This document shows, in pieces, positions 32,986-43,567 of a DNA stretch of 51,005 bases. The position numbers and the translations under genes are program-made. Position 1 is the stretch's first letter. Every line of letters starts with the position of its first letter. Origin of the DNA: Methylococcaceae bacterium (GTDB lineage Bacteria; Pseudomonadota; Gammaproteobacteria; Methylococcales; Methylomonadaceae); NCBI GenBank assembly GCA_900299045.1, contig OMIH01000083.1:1-51005 (forward strand). The letters run 5' to 3'. Below the pieces are notes generated by a model. The model made no database searches. It worked only from the letters and a program-made list of their open reading frames with translations, and was not told the DNA's origin.

Positions 32986-34270
32986 GTTTAATTTCACCTA
33001 TCTTTAAATTGATACAGCAATCTGATACTAAAAAAAATGACCCAAAAACTAAAATCAAATCGCCAGCTCGCGCTGTATTTTTTGCCGCGTGAAATGCTTG
33101 GGCAAAACTAGAAAAACCCCAATGCCCTGTCTGAATCTGACAATCATCAAAAATTGTACGCATAGTGGACTCAGTCACAGCACGCGCATTATGCGTGAGT
33201 GGGGTAAAAAACCATTGAGAAACGATGGGTTTCATCAATGACAACACACCTGCAATATCTTTATCTTTCATCATCGAAAAAATAGCATGAATGTGTGTAT
33301 TTGGAAAATATTCGTTAAGATATGCCACGAGTGTTTCCACCGCTTGCGGATTGTGTCCAACGTCCAAAAGAATTGGAATGTCACCCTCAATCAGTTGAAA
33401 TCGTCCAGCCAATTTTACCTGTTGTAGCCCCATGCGAATGGCGTTGTCACTCATAGACAAGTGCGATTTTAAACAATGCGTAGCAAAAATTGCTGATGCA
33501 GCATTACGATATTGATGCTCACCTTTTAATGCAGGTGCCGGCAAATCAGCTATCTCATCATGTTCGCTTTGCCACGTCCATGTCGGTGTCTTTTTGACAT
33601 ACCCAAACGCCTCATTTATGCAAAATACATCGGCCTGTATACTCGCAGCATAATTGATAAGCGCATCCGGTGGACTCGGTTCACCAATAATGGCTGGTTT
33701 ATGTGGGCGAAAAACGCCCGCTTTTTCATAACCAATTTTCTCACGCGTCTTTCCAAGCCACTCCACATGATCAATTGCAATACTCGTCACAATAGCAACA
33801 TCCGCATCTACAATATTCACCGCATCAAGACGCCCACCCAGTCCCACTTCTAAAATTTGGATAGCGACACGTGCTTGTGAAAAAATCAACAATGCAGCAA
33901 GCGTGCTAAATTCAAAATAACTCAGTGTCGTATCACCACGCGCACGATCAATGTCCGAAAATGCAGCGCAAATGACATCATCACTAACAGGGATACCATT
34001 AATTTTGATGCGCTCACTATAGCGCAAAATATGGGGTGAGGTGTACGCCCCTACGCTATGACCTTCCGCTAAATAAAAAGCTTCCAAATAAGCAACACTT
34101 GACCCTTTACCATTTGTACCAGCAACTGTCAGCGTAATGGGTTGATAATACCCTTTAGGGAGAAGTTTCTCAAAAACACGTTTAACACGCTCAAGTCCTA
34201 AGTCAATTGTCAATGGGTGTAAACTCTCTTGCCAAGACAACCACTGCGCTAAACTGTTAAAACGATTCAT
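32975..34270 (-). CDS. folC: bifunctional folylpolyglutamate synthase / dihydrofolate synthase
   Basis: P-loop VAGTNGKGS. N-terminus LAQWLSWQESLHPLTIDLGLERV parallels E. coli FolC. ATG 34270 preferred over TTG 34282. Confidence 0.9.
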   Translation of the reverse strand: MNRFNSLAQWLSWQESLHPLTIDLGLERVKRVFEKLLPKGYYQPITLTVAGTNGKGSSVAYLEAFYLAEGHSVGAYTSPHILRYSERIKINGIPVSDDVICAAFSDIDRARGDTTLSYFEFSTLAALLIFSQARVAIQILEVGLGGRLDAVNIVDADVAIVTSIAIDHVEWLGKTREKIGYEKAGVFRPHKPAIIGEPSPPDALINYAASIQADVFCINEAFGYVKKTPTWTWQSEHDEIADLPAPALKGEHQYRNAASAIFATHCLKSHLSMSDNAIRMGLQQVKLAGRFQLIEGDIPILLDVGHNPQAVETLVAYLNEYFPNTHIHAIFSMMKDKDIAGVLSLMKPIVSQWFFTPLTHNARAVTESTMRTIFDDCQIQTGHWGFSSFAQAFHAAKNTARAGDLILVFGSFFLVSDCCINLKIGEIKHEH

Positions 34271-34285
34271 GGTGTTTGCCAAGCG

Positions 34286-35221
34286 TTAGCCCGCGTCTTC
34301 TACTTCATGTGTCAAAAGCTCAATTGCTTCATGTTGCGTCGCCGCTGCTGCTACATCGTATTTATCTCGATTCAACATCAAAATTGCCAAAATACTCGCT
34401 ATTTTTTCGCGTATATCACGGCGGTGAATGATCATATCAATAGCGCCATGCTCTTGCAAAAATTCACTACGTTGAAAACCTTCAGGCAATTTTTCACGAA
34501 CAGTTTGTTCAATTACGCGCGGACCAGCAAAACCAATCAACGCATTAGGCTCGGCTACATTGATATCACCAAGCATAGCTAAACTCGCTGATACACCGCC
34601 CATGGTCGGGTCTGTCATAAATGAAATATAGGGCAAGCCACGTTGTGAGAGCTTAGTTAATGCGGCGCTCGTTTTTGTCATTTGAAATAATGAAAATAAC
34701 GATTCTTGCATTCTTGCTCCACCACTCGCGGTAAAGACGATAAATGGTACACCAAGCTCCAAACTTTTATTCACACCGCGTACAAACTTTTCGCCCACCA
34801 CCGAGCCCATCGAGCCCCCCATGAAATTAAAATCAAATGCGGCAGCCACAATAGCTTGACCATGCAATTGCCCTTTCATAACAATCAACGCATCATTTTC
34901 TTTGGTGTGTTTTTGTGCTTGCAAAATACGGTCTTTATACTTTTTACTGTCTTTAAATTTTAATGGATCAACAGGCTTGACGTACTTGCCTACTTCTTCA
35001 CGCCCCTGTTCATCTAAAAATAAATTGAGCCTTGCACGCGCTGAAATACGCATGTGATGATCACATTTAGGACACACACTGCCATTTTTTTCCAATTCAC
35101 TGTTGTACAAAATGGCATTACAACTTGGACATTTTGCCCATAAACCTTCTGGCACGGTATTTTTTTTGTTCGTCGATTCTGTGCGAATAATCGACGGTCG
35201 TAATTTTTCAAACCAACTCAT
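34286..35221 (-). CDS. accD: acetyl-CoA carboxylase carboxyltransferase subunit beta
   Basis: N-terminal Zn ribbon CPSCNAILY...CPKCDHH and carboxyltransferase blocks ([14 protein letters not shown]). Confidence 0.95.
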   Translation of the reverse strand: MSWFEKLRPSIIRTESTNKKNTVPEGLWAKCPSCNAILYNSELEKNGSVCPKCDHHMRISARARLNLFLDEQGREEVGKYVKPVDPLKFKDSKKYKDRILQAQKHTKENDALIVMKGQLHGQAIVAAAFDFNFMGGSMGSVVGEKFVRGVNKSLELGVPFIVFTASGGARMQESLFSLFQMTKTSAALTKLSQRGLPYISFMTDPTMGGVSASLAMLGDINVAEPNALIGFAGPRVIEQTVREKLPEGFQRSEFLQEHGAIDMIIHRRDIREKIASILAILMLNRDKYDVAAAATQHEAIELLTHEVEDAG

Positions 35222-35223
35222 AA

Positions 35224-36027
35224 TCAGTTATCCATTGCCTGCCGCATAGCGGTTAATAATTCAATAATAGCTTCTTTTGCTTGCGCTGGACTGTGCAAAT
35301 TTGCTTCAATCTCACTAATTAAAGCGCTACCAATCACCACGCCATCGCCCAAATTGGCAATCGTTTTAGCTGTTTGCGCATCTTTTACGCCAAAACCCAC
35401 AGCAATGGGTAATTTGGTATTGGCACGAATTTCCGCTAATTTTGTTTCAACTTCCGCCGCATTCAAATGTCCAGCGCCCGTAACACCTTTAAGTGAAACA
35501 TAATATAAATATCCCGCACCAATTGAGTCCATTTTGGCAATGCGTGCCGCGCTACTATTTGGCGCAAGCAAAAAGATGGGGGCTACATCGCGTGTTTTAA
35601 GTAGTTCGGTACATTCTTGTGCTTCTTCTGGGGGTAAATCAACGGTTAGAACGCCATCAATGCCCGCTGCGTGAACCGCATCAGCAAATTTTTCATATCC
35701 CATCACTTCCACAGGATTTAAATATCCCATGATAACAATGGGTGTATGACCATTTGTTTTACGAAATTCGGTTGCGATAGCCAATGTGGTTCGTAAACTC
35801 TGATGATGTGCAAGCGCTCGTTCACTTGCGCGTTGAATCACAGGACCATCCGCCATGGGATCTGAAAAAGGCACACCCAATTCAATAATATCAACGCCAG
35901 CACTCACCATTGCGTGCATTAGTGGCACAGTAAACTGCGGATTTGGATCACCTGCAGTGACAAAGGGAATAAGGGCTTTACGGTTTTTTTGTGCTAATTC
36001 AGCGAAAGTTGCAGCTAAACGACTCAT
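35224..36027 (-). CDS. trpA: tryptophan synthase alpha chain
   Basis: [27 protein letters not shown] and GFG blocks. Overlaps the trpB stop. Confidence 0.95.
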   Translation of the reverse strand: MSRLAATFAELAQKNRKALIPFVTAGDPNPQFTVPLMHAMVSAGVDIIELGVPFSDPMADGPVIQRASERALAHHQSLRTTLAIATEFRKTNGHTPIVIMGYLNPVEVMGYEKFADAVHAAGIDGVLTVDLPPEEAQECTELLKTRDVAPIFLLAPNSSAARIAKMDSIGAGYLYYVSLKGVTGAGHLNAAEVETKLAEIRANTKLPIAVGFGVKDAQTAKTIANLGDGVVIGSALISEIEANLHSPAQAKEAIIELLTAMRQAMDN

Positions 36028-37226
36028 AGTTCAATTCCTTCTCGTTTTGCCATAGTTTGCATATCTTTATCGCCGCGCCCCGATAAATTCACAATTAAAA
36101 TGTCATCTTTTTTCATAGTAGGGGCAAGCTTTAACGTATAAGCCATGGCATGACTGGATTCTAAAGCAGGGATAATGCCTTCCATGCGTGTTAACGCATA
36201 AAAACCGCCCAGCGCCTCATCATCAGTAATATTGACATAGCTTGCGCGACCAGAGTCTTTTAGCCAAGCGTGTTCAGGACCAACACCAGGATAATCAAGA
36301 CCCGCTGAAATTGAATGCGTTTCAATAATTTCACCGTCATCATCAGACATCAAATAGGTACGATTACCGTGGAGCACACCAGGGCGACCGGCACATAACG
36401 GTGCTGAGTGACGTCCCGTTTCCACACCATCACCCGCTGCTTCAACACCGATTAATTTTACATGTGCATCATCAATAAATGGATAAAACAATCCCATTGC
36501 ATTCGATCCCCCCCCTACACAAGCCACTAATGCGCTAGGCAGTTTTCCTGTTTGTGCTAAACATTGGGCGCGTGCTTCTCGCCCTAAAATAGCTTGAAAA
36601 TCCCTAACCATTGCAGGGTAAGGATGCGGGCCGGCTACGGTGCCAATAATATAGAAAGTATTATCGATATTTGTTACCCAATCACGCAAGGCTTCATTTA
36701 GCGCATCTTTCAAGGTTTTTGAACCCGATTCTACGGCAACGACTTTTGCGCCCAGTAATTTCATGCGATACACGTTGAGTGATTGACGCGCAACGTCAAC
36801 CGCGCCCATATAAATAACACATTCAAGACCTAATCGTGCTGCCACTGTCGCGGTGGCAACACCGTGTTGCCCAGCACCGGTTTCCGCAATAATACGCGTT
36901 TTACCCATGCGTTTAGCCAATAGAGCCTGCCCGACTGTATTGTTAATTTTGTGTGAACCTGTATGATTTAAATCTTCGCGTTTCAAATAAATTTGTGCGC
37001 CACCGAGTGCTTGACTCCAACGCTCTGCATAATAAAGCGGTGAAGGACGACCGACATAATGCTGCAAATCCTTATCTAACTCGGCAATAAAATCCGCATC
37101 TTGCATATAATGCTGATAGGCGGTATTGAGTTCTTCGATAGCAGGCATGAGGGTTTCAGCGACAAAAATGCCGCCATAAACGCCAAAATGTCCTCTAGCG
37201 TCAGGCATGTTATATTTTTCGGTCAT
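36024..37226 (-). CDS. trpB: tryptophan synthase beta chain
   Basis: GHFGVYGG, the PLP lysine block [11 protein letters not shown], and GGGSNAMG. Confidence 0.97.
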   Translation of the reverse strand: MTEKYNMPDARGHFGVYGGIFVAETLMPAIEELNTAYQHYMQDADFIAELDKDLQHYVGRPSPLYYAERWSQALGGAQIYLKREDLNHTGSHKINNTVGQALLAKRMGKTRIIAETGAGQHGVATATVAARLGLECVIYMGAVDVARQSLNVYRMKLLGAKVVAVESGSKTLKDALNEALRDWVTNIDNTFYIIGTVAGPHPYPAMVRDFQAILGREARAQCLAQTGKLPSALVACVGGGSNAMGLFYPFIDDAHVKLIGVEAAGDGVETGRHSAPLCAGRPGVLHGNRTYLMSDDDGEIIETHSISAGLDYPGVGPEHAWLKDSGRASYVNITDDEALGGFYALTRMEGIIPALESSHAMAYTLKLAPTMKKDDILIVNLSGRGDKDMQTMAKREGIEL

Positions 37227-37855
37227 AGTGTTTCTCGGTCACCTTCTTGTACTTGTTGTGTAAATGCGGTCATTTTAACGATGTCTTTATGACCTTTTTC
37301 TAATTCTACACCGCTACTGACATCGACGGCATACGGCATAACGATTTTAATAGCGCGTTTTATATTCTTAGCGCTTAGACCACCTGCTAAAATAATAGGC
37401 AAACTACGTTCTTTTGGAATCAAATCCCAGTCAAACACTTTCCCCATTCCCCCTTTAGCATTTGGGTGATACGCATCTAGTAGCAACGCTGACGCATCAT
37501 GATACTCCTCAAAGAGCGCATCAAAATCGAGACCGTTTTTCATACTTATTGATTTAATATAAGGCTTATTATAAATTCGACAATCAGCCCCTGATTCATC
37601 ACCATGAAATTGTAAATAATTCAAAGGCACCTGATCAATGACATCACGAATGACATCTTCTTGTTCATTCACAAACAACCCCACAACCGATACAAGGGGG
37701 GGTAGCGCTTGCGCAATTTTCTGCGCTGTTTGTATTGAAACATTACGCGGACTCTGCGCGTAAAACACTAAACCCACCGCATCAATACCTAAAGTGGCGG
37801 CATAAACCGCTTTTTCCACATCGGTAAACCCACAAATTTTAAGACGTGTTCGCAT
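37223..37855 (-). CDS. trpF: phosphoribosylanthranilate isomerase
   Basis: LKICGFT start, LQFHGDE, and the LAGGL block. Translationally coupled to trpB. Confidence 0.9.
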   Translation of the reverse strand: MRTRLKICGFTDVEKAVYAATLGIDAVGLVFYAQSPRNVSIQTAQKIAQALPPLVSVVGLFVNEQEDVIRDVIDQVPLNYLQFHGDESGADCRIYNKPYIKSISMKNGLDFDALFEEYHDASALLLDAYHPNAKGGMGKVFDWDLIPKERSLPIILAGGLSAKNIKRAIKIVMPYAVDVSSGVELEKGHKDIVKMTAFTQQVQEGDRETL

Positions 37856-37923
37856 AAATCAAAAAAATAAAAGAGTAAAATTATTATGTGTAGCATAGCA
37901 TAAAAACGTCCCGATGATTTTTG

Positions 37924-40900
37924 TCATCGTATACTTTCGGTCGCAGTAGTGTCTGGCGTTTGTGTAATCGACGTTGATTTTAAATTACTTTGATGAAGTA
38001 ATGGTGAGAGTGTAGGCTCTAAAAATTTCAAAATTTGCACTGGTAGCGAGCTGGTAAAATGATAACTTTCCGCATTATCGCCCGTCACATACGCAGTAAT
38101 AACACCAAAAAAACGATCCCCTAAGAAAAACGTAAATGTTGCAGCGCGACTGACGAATTTAGATTCAATCAATTGCCCACCAGCGCCCCATTTTTCTTTG
38201 CGATGATCGCCCGTTCCTGTTTTCCCGCCCACGGCTAAGGGTTTGCCATGTTCATCTTTATAAACACCATTCAATCGCCCAGCTGTACCATTAGCCACAA
38301 CGCCAATAAGCGCACTACGCGCAGCATGCGCCACTTCGGGTAGTAGCACTTGCTGCCCTGTTTCGCGGGTTTTATCTAAAATAGTTTCGTAGGGCGTTGC
38401 TTTAGCGTAATGCAAGTGAGAGAAACGCACAGCAGGCAATCGCATCCCATCATTGTTAATAATCCCAATTAACTCGGCTAATGCCGCTGGGCGATCACCT
38501 GACGCGCCAATGGCGGTTGCATAGGACGGTGTTAGTGATGCAAAAGGATACCCTAACCGCTCCCACGCATCATGAATTTGCTTAAACGCATCATCTTCTA
38601 AAAGCGTCATAATTCGACGCTGCTGCGCGTAGTGGTGCATATTTTTAAACAACCACAAATACACATTTTGACGCTCGTCAACACTTGCCGCAATCACTTC
38701 ATCGCGCGTTGCATTAGGATGCTTAGACAAATACTGCACCATCCAAAGTTCCAAAGGATGTACTTTTGTAATATAGCCTTGATCTTGCAAATCAAAGTTA
38801 TCGGTCGAATATTTATAAAATAACGTATCAATATTTTCATTTGCAAGTACAGATGCTGGCAAATGTTCTTGTAAATAAGTCGTTAGCGCCTGTACATCAC
38901 GGTCTGGATAAATAGACTCATAAAGCATCGTTAAACGCGATGGCTTGGCAAATACTTTTTGCGTGAGCGTTTCTAAATTATCATCAGTGCTCTTGCCTTT
39001 ATATTTAGCGTAAAAACGACGCAAATACACTAAGCCTTCTCTATCGGCAAAACGGGTTAAATACTCTTTTCGCTTATTATCATCGGGATTTTCAAGCCAA
39101 CGCGCAATCCCTTCTGGTTTATACAAATGATGATACGTTAAATCTCGCATCATTCGAATAAATACCAAATTGACCGAATTTCGCAACGCATCACGCACAG
39201 ACATGACTTTAAAATCGTCATCATCCGTAAAGTTGTTAAAATGATGCACACCACCGCCGGTATAAAAATATTCAGCAGGACTTGCAGAATATTGACGCTC
39301 AAGCGCTTGATTGAGAATATCTTCTACCGTCATTTTAGGTCTAGCTCTCAATTGCTCAATAACCCACGCAGATAAATAATCACGTGGATGCAATTCAACT
39401 TTCGCGAGTGCTTGAGGAGATTCACCTTGATACACTTGGTAAATATCCGCCACTAATTCTAAATAATGTACCAGTGTGCGTAATTTTGCTGTAGAGCCTA
39501 AATCCAGACGAATACCTTCATTAATATCAAGAGGTTGATCATAATTATCAGTTTGAATACGCAGCAAATTACCTTGCTCACTGCGTTCAAATAACATCAA
39601 ACTGTAAATAATCGGACTCAGGTCTGTACCCGGTGCTAACATCCTTTCGCCAAACAAACCGGCTGCTCGCGCATTTACTGGGTCACCTAATTTACGCAGG
39701 GCAGAATTCACTTGTTTTTGGACGTCATAATTGAGCGTTGTTTTTACCGTTAAATCTAAACGATCCAAATCGTAATTCGTTTTAATACCCAAATTCTGCG
39801 CTAATCGCGCACGAAGCACGTTTTGTGTTTTTTGCTCGGTGACAAATAAATAATGTGTACTGCTTTTAGGTACGCGTTCGAGTTTGATGGCTAAAGCGGC
39901 ATCACGCAATGCGGGTGAAATAACGCCTTGTGTGGCAAGTAGGCGCAAATAACTATCCGTAAGATTTTGCAGCGCATCATAACCCGCGCCAAGTAAATAG
40001 GTTGGACGACGTTGCGAAAGCAAAATACTGAGCACTTCACGGTAGGCTTTTGCTTGCTCTGGCGTTGGATTGGGTGTTTTAATCGCCTCTTGGGCAAGTA
40101 ATTGATTGGTTTCTTTAAAATTCGCGCCAAACCATGACACTAAACCATCGCCTAAACCATGTACCTCACCTGATTTTTCAGATGCAGCAAGCGGCATGGT
40201 ATTTAAATACGCAAGTGCAATTTGGCGACGCATTTGGCGTGTATCCGCACCTAAAAGATAAGCACGAATAGACGCGCTGGCCATTTGACGTATTTTTTCA
40301 ACAATAGATTCTGTATAGCCGTTAGGTGAGTGACGATATTTTTCAAGCTGCGTAGCGAGCGTACTTCCTCCTGGTACATTGACATCAGCCCCGAGTTTTT
40401 TTGCCATCATCTGTAAGACAGCAAACCCTAAGCGCTCCCACTCAACAGCAGGATTCACACTTTTATATTTGTCGTCGAGTAATTCACGATTTTCAATAAA
40501 AAGGAGTGTATGTAAAATGACAGAGGGAATATCCTCAAAATTAGGATAACCATAAGTAGGATAAACAGCGGTAAATAAGGGATTATCATTCTCATCAACT
40601 AAACGCAAACCCGCTTGATTTTTTTCATGATAAAGTGGAAACAATCCATATTCATCCATCAGCGATAACATCATAGGCGATAAAGTCGCTTGCGCACTTA
40701 CGCCAAATCCCACTTTCTGTAAACGGTCAATTTGATCCGATAGCAATGTATAGCCCAAACGCTGATCATAAGGCCCGTGCGTGGGATAGCGAATGGCATC
40801 ACTGGGCTTATTTTCAAGTTTAAAGCTTAATTGTTTACTAATTTCACTTAAATAATACGCTTGATATTTAGATGTCTGAATTTCGCTATAAACCATCTTA

Positions 40901-40983
40901 GCAATCACACCGACAATACCAAGCCAGCTAGCCAAGATGTAGAGAAAGAGTAATCGAGAAAGTATGCGCTGATTTTTTTTCAT
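37924..40983 (-). CDS. divergent class-A penicillin-binding-protein-like membrane protein (GT51-like + transpeptidase-like domains)
   Basis: N-terminal TM. GT51-like motifs IENREL (in place of EDxxF), GGSTLATQLEK and ALAYLNT. Transpeptidase motifs STAK (aa ~505), SVN (~611), GASGDRP (~834) and KTGT (~929, numbering from the track ORF). ATG 40983 (MKKNQR...) chosen. Confidence 0.72.
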   Translation of the reverse strand: MKKNQRILSRLLFLYILASWLGIVGVIAKMVYSEIQTSKYQAYYLSEISKQLSFKLENKPSDAIRYPTHGPYDQRLGYTLLSDQIDRLQKVGFGVSAQATLSPMMLSLMDEYGLFPLYHEKNQAGLRLVDENDNPLFTAVYPTYGYPNFEDIPSVILHTLLFIENRELLDDKYKSVNPAVEWERLGFAVLQMMAKKLGADVNVPGGSTLATQLEKYRHSPNGYTESIVEKIRQMASASIRAYLLGADTRQMRRQIALAYLNTMPLAASEKSGEVHGLGDGLVSWFGANFKETNQLLAQEAIKTPNPTPEQAKAYREVLSILLSQRRPTYLLGAGYDALQNLTDSYLRLLATQGVISPALRDAALAIKLERVPKSSTHYLFVTEQKTQNVLRARLAQNLGIKTNYDLDRLDLTVKTTLNYDVQKQVNSALRKLGDPVNARAAGLFGERMLAPGTDLSPIIYSLMLFERSEQGNLLRIQTDNYDQPLDINEGIRLDLGSTAKLRTLVHYLELVADIYQVYQGESPQALAKVELHPRDYLSAWVIEQLRARPKMTVEDILNQALERQYSASPAEYFYTGGGVHHFNNFTDDDDFKVMSVRDALRNSVNLVFIRMMRDLTYHHLYKPEGIARWLENPDDNKRKEYLTRFADREGLVYLRRFYAKYKGKSTDDNLETLTQKVFAKPSRLTMLYESIYPDRDVQALTTYLQEHLPASVLANENIDTLFYKYSTDNFDLQDQGYITKVHPLELWMVQYLSKHPNATRDEVIAASVDERQNVYLWLFKNMHHYAQQRRIMTLLEDDAFKQIHDAWERLGYPFASLTPSYATAIGASGDRPAALAELIGIINNDGMRLPAVRFSHLHYAKATPYETILDKTRETGQQVLLPEVAHAARSALIGVVANGTAGRLNGVYKDEHGKPLAVGGKTGTGDHRKEKWGAGGQLIESKFVSRAATFTFFLGDRFFGVITAYVTGDNAESYHFTSSLPVQILKFLEPTLSPLLHQSNLKSTSITQTPDTTATESIR

Positions 40984-41182
40984 GATGATTTGAAACCCCA
41001 ACACCATGAAGGAAGTTTTTTACACAGATGAATGGCGAGTTGAGTAATCAAAATAACGATTAGGGGAATTGAGTTGAAAATAACCTTTCCCTTAATTATA
41101 ACCACTCGCAACAAATAATGGTAATACAAAGCACGGGTTTGTTGAAAAATAGTCTATTTCAAGAGAAAAAATACTATCAAAT

Positions 41183-41200
41183 TCACGCAACGCTGCGTGA
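41183..41200 (-). terminator. hairpin downstream of the MCP gene (weak candidate terminator)
   Basis: Perfect 7-bp stem TCACGCA/TGCGTGA with a 4-nt loop, about 88 nt after the MCP stop. On the minus strand a T6 run follows only after 11 nt, so it is non-canonical. Confidence 0.3.
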
Positions 41201-41287
41201 CCACATAAAATAGCAACCGATAGAATCACGCTCTTTCGTAGATTATCATCAAGTCGCGCATGTCAATTTACTCTCAAATAATCACCG

Positions 41288-42934
41288 CTACGACGTTAAT
41301 TTAAAACTCGCAATAGTTGCAGATAAGTTTTGCGTTTGCTGCTCTAGCGATTGCGCAGCGGAGGTAGCTTGTTCTACAAGTGCCGCATTTTGTTGCGTCA
41401 CCTCATCCATATTGTGCAACGCTTGATTTACTTGATTGATTCCCAGTGATTGCTCATTAGACGCTACCGTAATTTCAGTAATGGTGTTGGTAACGCTTTG
41501 AATAGAGCTTAAAATTTCCTCCATCGTTTTCCCAGCCTTTGCCACTAAATAGCTACCTTGTTGAACCTTATCAACAGAATCACCAATTAAATGCTTGATT
41601 TCACCTGCGGCAGCAGCAGCACGTTGCGCAAGATTGCGAACTTCTGTAGCAACAACGGCAAAACCACGACCTTGCTCCCCTGCTCGCGCTGCTTCCACTG
41701 CGGCATTGAGCGCCAAAATATTTGTTTGAAACGCAATACCATCAATAACGGAAATAATATCCACAATCTTTTTTGATGAATCGTTAATGCCTTCCATGGT
41801 TTGCACCACTTGATTAACCGCTGTTACCCCATTACGCACAATAGTTGAGGAGGCATGCGCTAATTCATTTGCACGATTTGCATTTTGACTATTTTGCTCA
41901 ATTGTACAGGTAAATTCTGACATATTGGCTGCCGTTTCTTCCAAGCTATGTGCCTGCGCCTCGGTGCGATTAGATAAATCAAAATTCCCCATTGAAATTT
42001 CTTTTGCCGCTTGCTCAATAATTTCGCTTGAATCTTTAATTTCACTCACCAACACTTTTAAATTTTCAACCGTGCGATTCATACCTGAAAGCACTTTCCC
42101 AAACGTACCAGGGTATATTTTCTCAATATTGGGTGTTAAATCGCCTTGGGCAAGCGCACTCGCTACGAGTGTAATATCATTCAAACTGCCTTCGAGCGCA
42201 TCGAGCGATAAATTAATATTTTGTTTGAGTTGTGCAAAATCACCTTGCGCAACGGCTTTAACGCGTTCACGAATATCACCTTGGGCAACCTTCCCCATCA
42301 CCTCACCGATGTTATCCATCAATGTTTGCATCGTACGCATCGCTTGCATAGCGTTTTCAATCGCATTTTCGTACTCGCCACGCACGCTCACAGTCACTGT
42401 TTTAGTAAAATCACCGTCATTTAAGGCGCGCATCAACTCATTAATACCGCTGGTGGTTGACGATAATACTTTTGTTAAAGAGTTAAGGCGTATTGATGCT
42501 TGTGCAAAACCACCATGTAAACCAGCGGGATAACTACGACGACTAAAATCTCCATACGTCACATAAGCCATCGAGTAATACATATCTACTTGTGCTGTTT
42601 CAACTTGATCCATCAAGTCATTTAATGCCCAAGACAATTGCTGCAAGTGATTTTTTTTTCCACCAATTTGCGTGATACGCACATTCACATTCCCTTTACG
42701 CCATTCTTGACTGGCGTTAAGCAGTTGTGCGAGCAAAATTTTGTCACGTCTACGCGACAGTTTCCAAAGTAAAACAGAAAATAAAGCCCCTACCGTTAAA
42801 CAAGCAGGAACGAGCCAATTGACACTTAGCATCCAAGTGTAAATTAACGTACCGCTCCAAAGAAACGCTATTGCGACTAACGCAACGGATTCTTTGATTT
42901 TAAAGTGCCTGAAGAACATTGATAAGCTCATCAT
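41288..42934 (-). CDS. methyl-accepting chemotaxis protein with membrane hairpin and multiple HAMP-like units, no periplasmic domain
   Basis: Two closely spaced TM helices. Repeated HAMP-type segments (GDFTKTV, GDIRERV, GDFAQL, GDLTPNI). The highly conserved signalling hairpin is [39 protein letters not shown]. The start overlaps the 3' end of the PAS gene. Confidence 0.9.
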   Translation of the reverse strand: MMSLSMFFRHFKIKESVALVAIAFLWSGTLIYTWMLSVNWLVPACLTVGALFSVLLWKLSRRRDKILLAQLLNASQEWRKGNVNVRITQIGGKKNHLQQLSWALNDLMDQVETAQVDMYYSMAYVTYGDFSRRSYPAGLHGGFAQASIRLNSLTKVLSSTTSGINELMRALNDGDFTKTVTVSVRGEYENAIENAMQAMRTMQTLMDNIGEVMGKVAQGDIRERVKAVAQGDFAQLKQNINLSLDALEGSLNDITLVASALAQGDLTPNIEKIYPGTFGKVLSGMNRTVENLKVLVSEIKDSSEIIEQAAKEISMGNFDLSNRTEAQAHSLEETAANMSEFTCTIEQNSQNANRANELAHASSTIVRNGVTAVNQVVQTMEGINDSSKKIVDIISVIDGIAFQTNILALNAAVEAARAGEQGRGFAVVATEVRNLAQRAAAAAGEIKHLIGDSVDKVQQGSYLVAKAGKTMEEILSSIQSVTNTITEITVASNEQSLGINQVNQALHNMDEVTQQNAALVEQATSAAQSLEQQTQNLSATIASFKLTS

Positions 42935-43430
42935 AAGTAACGCCTTTTTCCTGTAATAACGTATTTAACACATCGCCAGAAGCCGCCATCGCATTTTTTG
43001 CTCCGGCTTGTCTTTCAGCATTTAACATCGATTTATATACATCGGCAACAATAGGAATTGCTTTAGGATTTGGCATACGTCGCACAGAGGTATAACCAAT
43101 TTTTTGTTTCTTCGCGTTCAAAATGGGGGCAACATGCGTAAATACCCAATAAAAACTGCCGTCTTTTGACATATTTTTAACAAAAGCAAAAATTTCTTTA
43201 TCTTCGGATAAATAATCCCACAGCATTTTAAATACAGCACGCGGCATATCAGGATGACGAATGATATTGTGCTGACTGCCTAATAACTCATGCTCTTCAT
43301 AGCCTGAAAATTCGATAAAAATTTCATTACCATAAATAATGCGTCCAGTTAAATCCGTTTTAGACACAATAAAATCTTGCTCACGCATAAAGTGTTCTTT
43401 GTCTGTTGGGATAATATTTTTATTTTTCAT
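42900..43430 (-). CDS. stand-alone Aer-type PAS domain protein (probable FAD-binding sensor)
   Basis: [54 protein letters not shown]...[12 protein letters not shown] parallels the E. coli Aer PAS domain (HN..RHPDMP, W, KN..K.G..YWV). ATG 43430 chosen; the track start 43433 is a TTG. Confidence 0.85.
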   Translation of the reverse strand: MKNKNIIPTDKEHFMREQDFIVSKTDLTGRIIYGNEIFIEFSGYEEHELLGSQHNIIRHPDMPRAVFKMLWDYLSEDKEIFAFVKNMSKDGSFYWVFTHVAPILNAKKQKIGYTSVRRMPNPKAIPIVADVYKSMLNAERQAGAKNAMAASGDVLNTLLQEKGVTYDELINVLQAL

Positions 43431-43438
43431 CAAATAGC

Positions 43439-43503
43439 GCGTGATACCCCGCCGTTCATGGCGGGGAGGTAAGCGCGGCGGCGATAGCCGCCCTCAATCA
43501 CGC
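43439..43503 (+). other. GC-rich nested stem-loop element (putative left end of the TnpB element)
   Basis: Closing stem GCGTGAT (43439..43445) / ATCACGC (43497..43503) encloses hairpin CCCCGCC-GTTCAT-GGCGGGG (43447..43466) and hairpin GGCGGC-GATA-GCCGCC (43477..43492). Confidence 0.55.
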
Positions 43504-43567
43504 ATTCTCCATAATAGGGCTTACTTTGTTTTTGGATTATCACATTTTTTAAATTAAAATGTGAGAC

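Noticed and set aside
37856-37923. Looked for a trp leader/attenuator upstream of trpF-trpB-trpA
   Set aside because: The 68-nt gap has no Trp-codon leader peptide and no alternative hairpins.
41925-42533. 202-aa + strand ORF (and 42221..42424) inside the MCP gene
   Set aside because: It is antisense to a gene with an unmistakable MCP signalling domain. It has a Ser/Ala/Ile-rich composition typical of antisense frames of Ala/Glu-rich coiled coils.
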